In this document: piece by piece, positions 37,365-49,519 of the stretch
Position numbering within the stretch: the stretch's first letter is position 1
Layout: each line of letters opens with the position of its first letter
Source: Hemiscyllium ocellatum
Lineage: Eukaryota
Direction: 5' to 3'
Assembly (NCBI RefSeq): GCF_020745735.1
Contig: NC_083423.1
Location: 33,666,001-33,730,000 of the forward strand
DNA length: 64,000 nucleotides
Made by a program: the position numbers and the translations under genes
The notes under the pieces: generated by a model
What the model was told of the DNA's origin: nothing
The model's database searches: none
The model's input: the letters and a program-made list of their open reading frames with translations, nothing else

Positions 37365-39840
37365 CCCACTAGAGAACAAGCAATACTTGACTTTCTGTTA
37401 GGAAATGAGACAATGCAAGTGACTGAAGTGTCAGTGGGGGAGCAACTTGTGGCCGGTGTTCATAACTCTATTAGTTTGTGCTCAAGAGAAAAAGGAAAGC
37501 ACATATCAAGTAGAAGCAACTGGGGTCGGGTGAATCCCCCGAAAAGTATAAGGACAGTAGGAGTACACATAAGAGGGAAACCTGGAGGGCAAGAAGGGGA
37601 TGTGAGATAGCTTTGACAAATAGACTAAGAATAATCCAAAGAAATTCTATTCATGCATTAAGGGCAAAAGAGGAACCAGGGAAAGAATAGGGCCCATTAA
37701 AGATCAACATGGCCACCTATGTCTGGAACTGCAGGAGATGAATAAGATACCAAACAAATATTTTACATTAGTATTCACTGTGTAGACGGACATGGAAGCA
37801 TGGGAAATAAATAGTCATGCCATGAAAAATGTTCAAAATACAGAAGACAAAGTCTTAAAATGCATAAACATAAATCCCTGAGACCTGAGCAGGTGTATCT
37901 CAGAACTATTGGAAGCTAGGGAAGAAATTGCTGGGATCCTTGTTGGGATATCAGTGACATCGGTAGCCACGAATGAGGTGCCAGAAGACTGGCGGTTGAC
38001 GAGTGTGGTGCCATTATGAATGAAAGGTTATAAGGTAAAGCCAAGGAACTGAAGACTGGTGAGCTTGATATTAACGGTGGGTAAGTTGTTGGAAGGAGAT
38101 GGAATTTAATTTTAATAAATATGAGGAATTGCATCTTAGTAAGGCAAAGAAGGCAGGACTTGTACCGTTAATGGCAAGGCCCTGGATAGAGTTGCCGAGC
38201 AAAGAGACAGAGGGATGCAGGTACATAATTCGTTGAAAGTGGAGTCTCAGGTAGAGAAGGTAGTGTATAAGGCATGCTTGCCTTAATTGGTCAGAATAAG
38301 GAGTTGAGATGTTAGTTAAGGTTACACCAGACATTAGCGAGGTCACTTTTGGAACACTGTGTACAATTCTGGTCACCATTCTTTAAAAAGAATGTTAAAC
38401 ATCAGAAGGTGCAGGAAAGATTTACAAGAATGTTTTTGGGGTAGAATGGTTTCCGCTATAGGAAGAAGCTGAGTAGGCAGCGGCATTTTTCCTGGAATGA
38501 CAGAGATTGAGGGTTGATCTCACAGAGGTATATAAAATCATGAGGAGCATGAATAGGTTGAATAGCCAAGATCTTTTTCCTGGAGTGGAGGAGTCCAAAA
38601 CTAGAGGACACGGGTTGGAGAGATTTAAATAGGACCTAAGGGATAACTTTTTTACACAAAGGTCAGTGCGTGCATGGAATGAGCTGCCAGAGGAAATGGT
38701 GGAGGCTAGACAACTGTACCATTTAGAACATAGAACATAGAAAAATACAGCGCAGTACAGGCCCTTTGGCCCTCGATGTTGCGCCAATCCAAGCCCACAT
38801 AACCTACACTAGCCAACTATCCTCCATATGTCTATCCAATGCCTGTTTAAATGGCCATAAAGAGGGAGAGTCCACCACTGCTATTGGCAGGGCATTCCAT
38901 GAACTCACGACTCGCTGAGTAAAGAATCTACCCCTAACATCTGTCCTATACCTACCACCCCTTAATTTAATGCTATGCCCCCTCGTAATAGCTGACTCCA
39001 TACGTGGAAAAAGGTTCTCATGGTCAACCCTATCTAAACCCCTAATCATTTTGTACACCTCTATCAAGTCACCCCCAAACCTTCTTTTCTCCAATAAAAA
39101 CAGCCCCAAGTGCCTCAGCTTTTCCTCATACGATCTTCCTACCATACCAGGCAACATCCTGGTAAACCTCCTCTGCACCCGTTCCAGTGCCTCCACATCC
39201 TTCCTATAGTATGGCAACCAAAACTGTACACAATACTCCAGATGCGGCCGCACCAGAGTCTTATACAATTGCAACATGACCTCAGGACTCCGGAACTCAA
39301 TTCCTCTACCAATAAAAGCCAGTATGCCATATGCCTTCTTCACAGCACTATTTACCTAGGTGGCAACTTTCAGAGATCTGTGTACATGGACACCAAGATC
39401 CCTCTGCTCATCCACACTACCAAGTATCCGACCATTAACCCAGTACTCCATCTTCTTGTTACTCTTACCAAAGTGAATCACTTCACACTTACCTATATTG
39501 AACTCCATTTGCCACCTTTCTGCCCAGCTCTGCAGCTTATCTATATCCCGCTGTAACCTGCCACATCCTTTCTCATTATCAAAAAGTCCACAGACTTTCG
39601 TATCATCCGCAAACTTGCTCACCCAATCTTCTAGCCCCTCCTCCAGGTCATTTATAAAAATGACAAACATTTAAAAGATATTTAAAAGACGTCTGGACGA
39701 AAATATGAATAGGAAGAATTTGGAGGGATTTGGCCAAATGCTGGTAAATGGGACTTGGTAAGATTGGGATGTCTGGTTGGCGTGTTTGAGTTGGACCGAA
39801 AGGTCTGATTCCATGCTATATAATTCAATGACTCTATGAT
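37365..39840 (+). mobile_element. Decayed CR1 LINE with a nested antisense CR1
   Basis: CR1 ORF2 remnants up to 38724, resuming ~39669, tail GACTCTATGA ~39830. Confidence 0.8.
38725..39668 (-). mobile_element. Young CR1 3' fragment
   Basis: ORFs 39356-39670 (SKFADDTKV) and 38804-39343 (179 aa); antisense (CTATGTT)n tail AGAACATAGAACATAG. Confidence 0.93.
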
Positions 39841-41058
39841 TTTACTTGGATAGTTCTCATATAAATAACACCAAAGATAAATTGTGAACTTTGACATTAC
39901 ATACCTAGTGATTGCCAGGGTTGAATTAAAATCCCTATTTCCCCAACTAACTCATATAACTAATGCTCATGAGAAGGGAGTTTTCCAAAAGCAATTTTGT
40001 ATGAATTAGAATACAGGATACAATTAAACTCCTTCAAGTTTGGTAGAAATAAGACAAAATAGGAGTTAAAATGAAATTGGTCCTTTTCCTCACTCTGCAG
40101 TAATTTTATCATCAGGTGACTGGGATGAATATCTGCCCCAAGCAGGCATTGAATTAATGGAACCAAGTCAGTCTTATGGCTCTCATGCAGTTTTAACAAA
40201 TACTAACGGCAGCATATTTCTCTTACCAGTGAAATGTGTCAGACTTCTCGAGGAGATCCAAAAGATTTATATTAATAACATTTCATTGAGAAATCAAGGG
40301 GAGTCCTCTACGTTTTGCAGGAAAGACTTGGCCTGCTTTGTCATTAAGCTTTAAAACTGATGATAGCTTCATTCTTCTCGCGCCCCAAAGTTGCAACATA
40401 TCTGACCTTATTTTACTTAGTGTCAATAAGCAGCATCAAGGCTGCTGCCTGACTTTCATTTGCTAGTAGCTATTGTTTTACCTACCTCACCTGCAGTCAC
40501 TCAATTCCTCCACTTCCATTTTCCTAATTGGATCAATAATAAAAATGCCTACATTTAATGATCATGTGAATATGTAAGCATACAAACCAGGGGAAGTAGG
40601 GGATTAATCAGACTATTCCTCCTGCTATTCAATAAGATCTCGGCTGATTTGATGGTAACTTCAAACCTCACATTGCCTAATTTTGATAGCCATTTGTCAA
40701 ATAGGAATCTATCCATTTCACCTTACAAATATTCAAGGATCGTTTTTCTACAACCTTTTAGGAGGAGAGTTCCAAAGAATCACAATTCTCTGAGAGACAA
40801 CAAAAAGCAAATCACTTCATCTCTTTTTTAAATGGCTGATGTGATTTTTTAAAAAGTGACCTCTAGTTCTCGGTTCTGCATATTTACTCTGTCAAGATCC
40901 CTCAGGATTTTATATGTCTGAATTAAGTCCCTCTACTTCTTCTAAACTCCAGGGGACATTTGTCTTGCTCTCTAACCTTTCCGCACAAGGCAATCTGTTC
41001 ACTTCAGTTAAAAATCACACAACACCAGGTTATAGTCCAGTAGGTTTAATTGGAAGCA

Positions 41059-41093
41059 CACTAGCTTTCGGAGCAATGCTCTTTCATCAGGTG
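41059..41093 (-). ncRNA. Minimal hammerhead ribozyme (family C)
   Basis: Reverse complement CAC-CTGATGA-A-AGAGC-ATT-GCTCC-GAAA-GC-TA-GTG. Confidence 0.7.
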
Positions 41094-41457
41094 GTAGTGG
41101 AGGACATGCATTCATGTAGAACTCTGAGGTCATAAACTGCATGAATTTATGTAAAACTCCATTATCTCACTTTTTAGATTAGAATCAATCTAAGCATCAT
41201 GACATTGACAGAGAACACAGGGGGCCAACACCTTCAACATATTGTCTAGCTATCACCATTGTTAACAGCTAACCCGAGAATGCAACATTTTTAAAAAAAG
41301 GTTTTGTGATTTACTCATGAAAGAAGTGAAACTATCACTGTATTCTAACAGATGAAAGGCTTAACAGACAATCAATTTTTCAATGTATAATTTCAGTTAC
41401 ATCACACTGTAAATTTTTGCTATAAGTTCTGTGTGTTAGGATTGAGCCCTCCACTAC

Positions 41458-41492
41458 CACCTGATGAAGGAGCGTCCCTCCGAAAACTAGTG
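41458..41492 (+). ncRNA. Minimal hammerhead ribozyme (family C)
   Basis: CAC-CTGATGA-A-GGAG(CGTCC)CTCC-GAAA-AC-TA-GTG. Confidence 0.7.
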
Positions 41493-42052
41493 TGCTTCCA
41501 ATTAAACCTGTTGGACTATATTCTGGTGTTGTGTGATTTTTAACTTTGTACACCCCAGTCCAACATCGGCATCTCCAAATCATGTTCACTTCAGGTATTA
41601 GTTTGGTAAACTTTCTCTAGACAGCTTCCAATGCATTTTCATCCTTCCTCCAATAAACCTTGATACAATACCCCAAATGTGGTCTGCGCAGTACTCTGCT
41701 TAACTGAAGTATACCTGCCATACTTTTGTGTTCAATTCCCTCACATTACTGATAATTTCTATTAATATTCCCAATTATTTGTTGTTAACTGTCTATTAAA
41801 CTTTGTGATTCATGCATTAGATTGTTCAGATCATTCAGAATATCAGGACTTTGCAATTTTCTATCACTTCTTTTTTGTATTCTCCCTGCCAGCATTGGTA
41901 AATTCACATTTACCATATTATACTCCATTTAACAGTATTTTGCCTCATCATTTAACATATCTGTACCTTCGTTTGGCCTCCTATGTCTTTTCATACCTTA
42001 TTTCTCTATTTATCTTTGTGTCATTAGCAAATTTGTCAACCATGAATTTAGA

Positions 42053-42245
42053 GCTGAAAAATGTGTTGCTGGAAAAGCGAGGCAGGTCAGGCAGCATCCA
42101 AGGAACAGGAGAATCGACATTTCGGGCATAAGCCATTCTTCAGGAATTCTCCTGCTCCTTGGATGCTGCCTGACCTGCTGCACTTTTCCAGCAACACATT
42201 TTTCAGCTCTGATCTCCAGCATCTGCAGTCCTCACTTTCTCCTTT
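42053..42245. mobile_element. Neptune pLTR fold-back insertion, 15-bp TSD (1 mismatch)
   Basis: TSD AACCATG(A/T)ATTTAGA at 42038-42052 and 42246-42260; minus-strand hammerhead CTGAAGA...GAAATGTC at 42112-42147. Confidence 0.85.
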
Positions 42246-45200
42246 AACCATGTATTTAGACCCTTCATCCAACTTATTTATATAAACTGCAAATAGTTAA
42301 GTCCCAGCGCTGATTCCTGTGGCACAACACTCATTTCATCTTGCCAATCTGAAGAAGACCAAACTATGCTCACTCCATGCTTCCTGTTAGCTGACTAAAC
42401 TTCTACCCATGTCAGTATACTTCCCAATACACTGGGGTAAAGAATTACAGCTTTATTTTGCACAAAGTTTTGACAAGAGCAAAAATACAGCAAAAACCTG
42501 CAGCTGCAATCCTACCATGTTTGAAAGGTGCAGCAAAATCCAACAAAGGCAAAATGGAGAAGCCAACAAAAATACAGAAGTCAACAAGTACAATGAAGGC
42601 TGCAATACAGACTTTTGCACTGTCTCTTTAAGGAACAGCAGTACAGAAAGCAAACACATGACTATGGATTAGCATTTCTTTGGAATGCCCTCAGAGCTTT
42701 AGTTGCTTAAAGTAAAAGTCAATCCTTACCTTATGGAGCAGGAAATATTTAATAATGAATAACAGGTAGTCAAATATCTTATCCTTTAGGCACTGAAAGG
42801 TTAAGAGGAATAAAATCCTTTGATATTTGAGACAATGACGTTTTTTCAGATTTTAGAAATCAACTTAAAATTTGAGTCAAATTCTGTATACACAAGTTTG
42901 ATTTAAAAATCACATGGCAAACAGCCAAGAGAAACAATTAACCAATTCATAGTCATTTGTCAATAAAAGGGTGTAGAATGAGATTTCATTTATAACTAAT
43001 ATACCAGAAAGGCTGAAGGAACTGATAATTGAATCCACACCTATGAAAAGCATTTCTGGCTTAATCCAAAACAAGACACCAATTGAAGGATTTTGAAGTA
43101 ATCATTGCATGTCAGCGGGATTTGAAAGTGCTTGACTCTGGAATAATTACTGCAACCATCAACTGTGTAGTGGAACCCAAACATCTTGCATAACACGCGG
43201 CTTATCTCATTTACGAAAACAGTGTCCAAACTATCATGACAAGTGAAAACAATGTGCCATAGTAGGACATTGAGCTACAAAGTGTAGGAAATCCAATCAC
43301 CCAGAGAAACCCAAGATAAGGCACAATGTCCCACAGCAGCATGTGAAGAAGAGCCAAACAAGGAAAAATGCGAAATAAGTTTCCATTCATGATACACAAA
43401 CATGTCAACATTGCCCAAGACGTAACCACAATGTTACAGCTTACAAGCCCCAATGGCCAGTGAATGTGGCAATCGTAACATACTTCATGATTAATGTCAG
43501 TAAAGCTGTATGTTTTACCTTCATCCAAGTAATATACCCCAATAGAGATTAACAATATAAACTATATGTCATGACACACACTGAAAGACCATCTCGTTAA
43601 AATCAAACAAATAACAAAATATGATCCATCAAGCCAGATTTCAGTCTGGAATTTGACTTGTCCAGCAATGATGTCAACTGGGCTCATATATCATAAACCA
43701 TAAATAGCATCAACAATTGCTGTATTTATTAAATAAAATATTAATAAAAAACCATTATTAAATTGACCTTTCCCAAAAGACTAGTTCACCAGTGAATCAG
43801 TAGTTTGTCCTCAAATTTTTAGAGTCTGTCTTTGAATACAATACAGGATGAAGAAATAAGGGTTTCTAACATGGAAAGGTTATCAATAGATAAGTGCCTA
43901 CAAATAGAACTTTCAAAGATTGACAGTGTGTAAAGGGAAAATCAACTCATTACTGTGGGGAGTTTTGTGATTCTGAGTGACATTGCTGAGGCAGAATACT
44001 TTCACCACTGCAAGCTAAACTTGATCTTGAAGCATTTGATGTTGACACTGGCTATCAATAATGGAAACATTTTCTACTCTGCCGCATTGACAACCATTAC
44101 TTCATTGTGTTAGGTCCATTATTTATTTATCCTCCCCTCCCCTATAAAGAAATTAAACCTTGTCGGAGAATGTGATGAGGGTGAATTCTCATTTTGGACT
44201 GATGCCAATATTTTAGTTTGTCTAAGTTATTGAGTTGATTACATTTTTCAATAAATTGAGATATATTGATCTGGGATAAAGATCCTGGCACAAGGTACCA
44301 AACAGCACTAAAGTTGAAAAAAGAGACAAGGTGAGGTAAATGAAGTAGGAAAGAGTGATAAGGTGAGTCCGAGCTCAGATTAGAAAGAATGTGGGATTGT
44401 AGGAAGAAACATGAAATTGTCCTAACTGTGGTGTTCCAAACATGTCACGTGCTAAACACCAGGAGCAGCGTAACAATTAAGATTATTTCAAATTGATTCA
44501 AAGCAAAACTGTGCCAAATGTAACTGAAAAGTTGCTGCATGACAGTGGAAGATGACAGTTCTATATGTTCAAGCACATCCGGGGTTGTAAAAGAATAGAT
44601 ATATTTTAAAATTAACTTCGTAGAATTTTGGCGGCACAGTGATTATTCATAAAGTCCATTTATCTTATTGATCATCATCCATCTTATTAGACTGTCTAAT
44701 TTAAATTGGACGCTAATTAAGCATGCAAAGTAAAAGCAGGATTTATCTGGACTAGAAAGGAAATTGTTCATATGTAGTTTTACATTAGCAGAAGTTATAT
44801 AGTACAGGAAAACTTTGACATTTACTTCTCTACGAGAATGCTGCAGTCAGTCTTACTAAATAGGGCTGCTGCATACCTATTATATCCCAGACACTGGAAG
44901 AAACCACACATGATACTGTGTAGAACTCAATAAAACTACTGAAAAATTGTTCAAGAGCATATTATATTACAGTCTTTAACTGGACTCACATAAATAAAAT
45001 TAACTTGCTCACAGGGGGCATCTTTTTCATATTGTATTGCTGACCTCAGGGGTAATGTCATTTTTTAATTTTTTGAATTTGCAATGCCTTCTCAAGAATC
45101 AACGCTTTAATTTTCCGAAGAAAAATTGGTCTTAAATATTTATTTATGGAAGAAAACCGATGCCTGTGAGAGAGATCATTGTTACCGATGTCTCATTGTG

Positions 45201-45829
45201 AGATTATGCTCTGATTCCATCTTGTGCTGACATCCCTATTTTATGATTAAAAGGAATTGTTGCTGAAAACTGCTGGAGCAGGCATTATCTACAAAGAGAG
45301 TCAAGGTTACTTCATGACTAAAACAACTGTGTTGTTTTCAAGGCTGGAAGTTAAATCTAACAGCTAAAGATGTTCGCTTTTTGTACCCGAGTTTCCAGAA
45401 CAAACCAAAGTTACCCAAGGTTTCTGGCTATGTTTAGAGTTGGTTTTGAAATTAATGCATTAAAAGTTGTCAAGACAAAAGGTTCTGCCTCTTTGTGGGG
45501 AGGTTGATACTTTAGAAAATACACCCATAGCCCTTGGGCTTGATTGATAGTGTGCTTTAAATGATTTCCCTTGTGATTCCACTTTTACTTCCAACAATTT
45601 GATAGACAAATCATGTAATTTATATATATGACAGAGAAGGAAGATAAATTGTATATTACACTACTGAAATTAAATAGGTAAAGAGGATGGAAAGGGGTTT
45701 CAGACTCTGAGACCAATATCTCCTTGAATGGTTATATTCTCCTTCCAGATGAAACCATTTCAAGATAGCTTTATGTAAGTGCTATCGAATTTTATTGAGC
45801 TGGGCTTAGATTAAATTACCTGAATACTT

Positions 45830-48240
45830 TCTTCATTCACACATGGGATATGGGTGCTGCTGAGCCAATGCTTGTTGCTCATCCTAATTGTACTGGAGAA
45901 GGTGGTGGTGAGCTATCTGCTTGAACTGCTGCACTCTTTGTGTTGTGGGGATACTCACAGTGCTGTTTCAAAGAGAATTCCAGGATTTGACCCAGCAATG
46001 GTGAAGAAATTATAACATTGTTCCAATGTCAGCATGCTGAGTGGCTTGCAGGCGAATTTGCAGGTGCTGGTGTTCCCAGGCATTTGCTACCTTTGTCCTT
46101 CTAGATGGTGAAGATCATGGGTTTGGAAGGTTCTGTCAGCAGAATCTTGGTGAGTTATTGTAATGCATCTTGCCAATGGAAAGTATTGTTGCCACTTTTT
46201 TTTGTTGATGGTGGGAGTAAACAATGACTGGTGGATGGGCTGCCAGTAAAAAGGGTTGCTTTATCTTGGATACTGTCAAGCTTCTTGAGCAATGTTGAAG
46301 CTGCACGCATCCAGGCAATTGGAAAGTATTCCATCGCAGTCTTGACTTGTGCCTACTAGATGGTGAACAGACTTTGGAGGGTCAGAAAGTGAGATACCAC
46401 AGAATTCTTAGCATCTGACCTGCACTAGTGGCCATTGTATTTGAATTGATGTTCCAGCTCAATTTCTGGTCAGTTGTTAACCTCGGTTGTCGATTATACA
46501 GGATTCAGTTTTTTGGTGGAGATGGCCACTTCCTGGCACATTTGTATGGGTAAATGTTACTTGTCACTTCTCAACTCAAGCTTGGGTGTTGTCCATGTCT
46601 TCTTAGACAAGTACACAGACTGTATCAACATCTAAGGAGTCATGAAGGGTGCTGAACATTGTGCAATAATTAATGGATGACCCTATATTTGAACTTAAGG
46701 TGAAGGGAAGGTCATCAATGAAGTGGCTGTGCCTCAGACACCACCCTTCAGAATTCATGTAGTGATGTCCTTTTCTGGAAGTGATTGACATTCAACAGCT
46801 GCAATCATTTCCTATTGCATTAGACATGACACTAACAAATGAAGAGTTTCACATTGATTTCTATTTTGTTAAGACAAATGCTGCATTAAAGTTAAAGGCA
46901 GTTATCTTCACCTCCCCTCTGGAGTTCAAATCTTTTGTCCATTACTAGGCCAATATTGTATTAAGGTCAGAAGCTGAGGAGGCCTGATGGAAACTAAACT
47001 GGGGATCAGTGGGCAGGATATTTCCCTTCTATCATCTTGAGAGTTGACTGATGAAGCAGCAGTTGGTTGTGTTAGATTACAGGATAATGCACCCAAAAAG
47101 CAGCATGGTGGCTTAGTGGTTAGCACTGCTGCCTCACAGTGCATGGGACCTGAGTTCAAGTCTACCCTCGAGCATTTGTCTGCGTGAGTCTCCTCAGGGT
47201 GCTCTGGTTTCCTCTGATAGTCCAAAGATGTGCAACTAAGGTGAGTTTGCTTGTTAAATTGCTTGTGGTGCCCAGGGATTACAAGGTAGGGGATTTGGAC
47301 TTGGGTGGGATACTCTTTGGAGGGGTAGTGTAGACTTATTGGATCAAATGGCCTGCTTTCGCATTGGAGGGATTCTATGATGTACCTGAGCAATTTTCAA
47401 CGTTGTTCATCTATCCAATAATGGCTAGTTCTGGGGCACATAACTTCAGTACAATTGCCAGAATATTTTCAGGACCCATTGGCTTTGTGGTATTCACCCC
47501 TTCAGCCATTTTCTGATTTCCTGTAGGGTGGATCGAGTTGGTGGAAAGCTGTGATGCTTGCCATTGCAAGAACAAGGCCAACATGGATCACTCGTTTGGC
47601 ACTTCTGGCTGAAGATAGGTGCAACCAATGTTGACACTTTATTTTTTGATATACCTGGTGCTGCCCCAACATGGCCTTCAGTGACCCAGATTGCCTCTCC
47701 TTGCTTGTTGGTAAGAGTGAGAATATGCCATGCTGTGAGTTTATCTGTTGGCTGAATACTGTTTTGGTGCTGCCACTGGCCCGCACCACCTCATGGATGA
47801 CAATTTTTGGTGCAGAATAATTAGATTGTGGCTTTCATGAATAAACAATATTGTTTTTATACCAGCACTGACATTCCAACCTCAAAACTCTCTTCAAAAG
47901 GGTAGCAATGTGTTCTATTGACAAGATGCACAGCTAGAACTAACGAAAACTTCTTCAACTGCAATTTCCAAACCTGAGCCACTAGAAGGACAAAGACAGC
48001 ACATGCATGTGAATATTCATCAACAACAAATTCCCCTCCATTTTACTTATCATCCTGACTTGAATCAATAACATTGGTTGTTCACTATCACTGGGTCAAA
48101 ATCTAGGAACTCTTTTGATAATAGCCATATCTTGGCCACATGAACACTCGAGGTTCAAAGAGAGGTTGATTGCCACCTTCCCAAGGGCAAATGGGGAGGG
48201 CAGCAAACATTGATCTAAGCAGCAATGAATGAAATTAAGT
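45830..48240. mobile_element. Old CR1/L2-group LINE remnants (mostly minus strand)
   Basis: Minus translation near 46310-46385: LTLQSLFTI**AQVKTAMEYFPIAWM. Confidence 0.6.
47103..47380 (+). mobile_element. HE1-type SINE
   Basis: GCATGGTGGCTTAGTGGTTAGCACTGCTGCCTCACAG head, GAGTTCAAGTCT B box, GGATTCTATGA tail. Confidence 0.85.
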
Positions 48241-49209
48241 TAAAGATGTCACGTGATTTGCTGAGCATTTCGTACGATTTCCGTTTTTATTGCTGTCTCC
48301 CGGGTGTATTGTAAAGTTTGTATTTATGAAAGAAAATGAGGATTATAACTCTGCAATAGAGAACCTGTAAGAAAGTCTGTTACTGCATTTAATTCCCTCT
48401 TGCTCAAACAAACTAGGTCATGTGGAAAATAAGCTCAAAACCATTACATCCTACCTTTATGAAGTTTTGAAGCATACTGTTAAAAGGAAGCATATCTGAA
48501 TAAATTATAGTGGCTTCATCTCATTTACATTTTCAAATGAGGTTAATTAAAATCAACTTTTTCTCAAAACTTGTAAGTCCATCTTTTCACAAATTTAGAA
48601 ACTTTATTCATTATTCGAGAAGAGGTACCTTATTAATAACATACTCAGGATGTCCTGGAGCATCAGGCAAAATAGAGGGTGGGTAGGGCAGATTTTGAGC
48701 TGGAGGATGTCAGACTTCGTACAGGGACAGGAATAGAAAGAAGCAATTAGGGCAAACCTCAGTGGAGGAACTGAGGTAGTAACTGAAGTCAGCAAATTGA
48801 AAGTGATCAAGGAATGGAGTAAAGCAGATCAGGAGAACTTGGGGATAAGTTTATATTCTGGGAACAGTCAAGATTAATAGCAGAAGGAAGCCAAGAATTA
48901 TCATGGTATGTATTATTATATCCAGTTAGCAATAAACTAGAAGAAAATTCAGCATATCCAAGCATGTGCCTTTTCAATAAGTACCATGAAGCTTTTAATC
49001 ATATAAACATATCTAAGTCAGGGATCTTCTTGCAAAGTTATAACATTACCAAGAAATCTCCCTCTTGAAAAGAAAATTAACAACTTAAGTAAGAACTTTT
49101 TTATCAATAGCTATAACATCTATATCAGTATTGAAATTAAACAGGTTTATTGTTAGCAGAACATACAGATAAATTCCTTTTGAAATAACTTGACAGAGGC
49201 TAATACCCT

Positions 49210-49380
49210 GTCACACTGGGAGTCCATGACATTGATTCAGCTCCCTCAGAGCTAGCTCTGAGAGCATCAGAATGTCAGACACTCTACTTTTTATCTGTCA
49301 GCCAAGGCTCCCTGATTGAAGCAGATTAACAGCCCTAATTTAGGAGCTCATGTTACTGTGAGGTCGACCTGACTGACCTT
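49210..49380 (-). mobile_element. Probable solo-LTR fragment
   Basis: Recognised from memory as a common shark LTR-like repeat (CTCCCTGATTG...ATTAACAGCCC); not verifiable within the window. Confidence 0.35.
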
Positions 49381-49519
49381 TTGGAATAATTCCAACATTC
49401 TCTTGATTTTTATACATTATGGACTGAATCTTTTTTTCTCGTTAAAACTGAGTTGTGTCAAATTATTTTGAGGGATTTCCACCTTGTGGCCTAATGGGTT
49501 TTAATATGTTTTGTGGTAA

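Larger units (their letters stand above)
41008..41582. mobile_element. PLE family C fold-back insertion with long 3' UTR, 12-bp TSD
   Basis: TSD TGTTCACTTCAG at 40996-41007 and 41583-41594; minus arm 41008-41103, plus arm to 41582. Confidence 0.85.

Noticed and set aside
41310-41360. SECIS element in the family C UTR
   Set aside because: An ATGA...AA...GA pattern is present, but the required helix does not pair cleanly by eye
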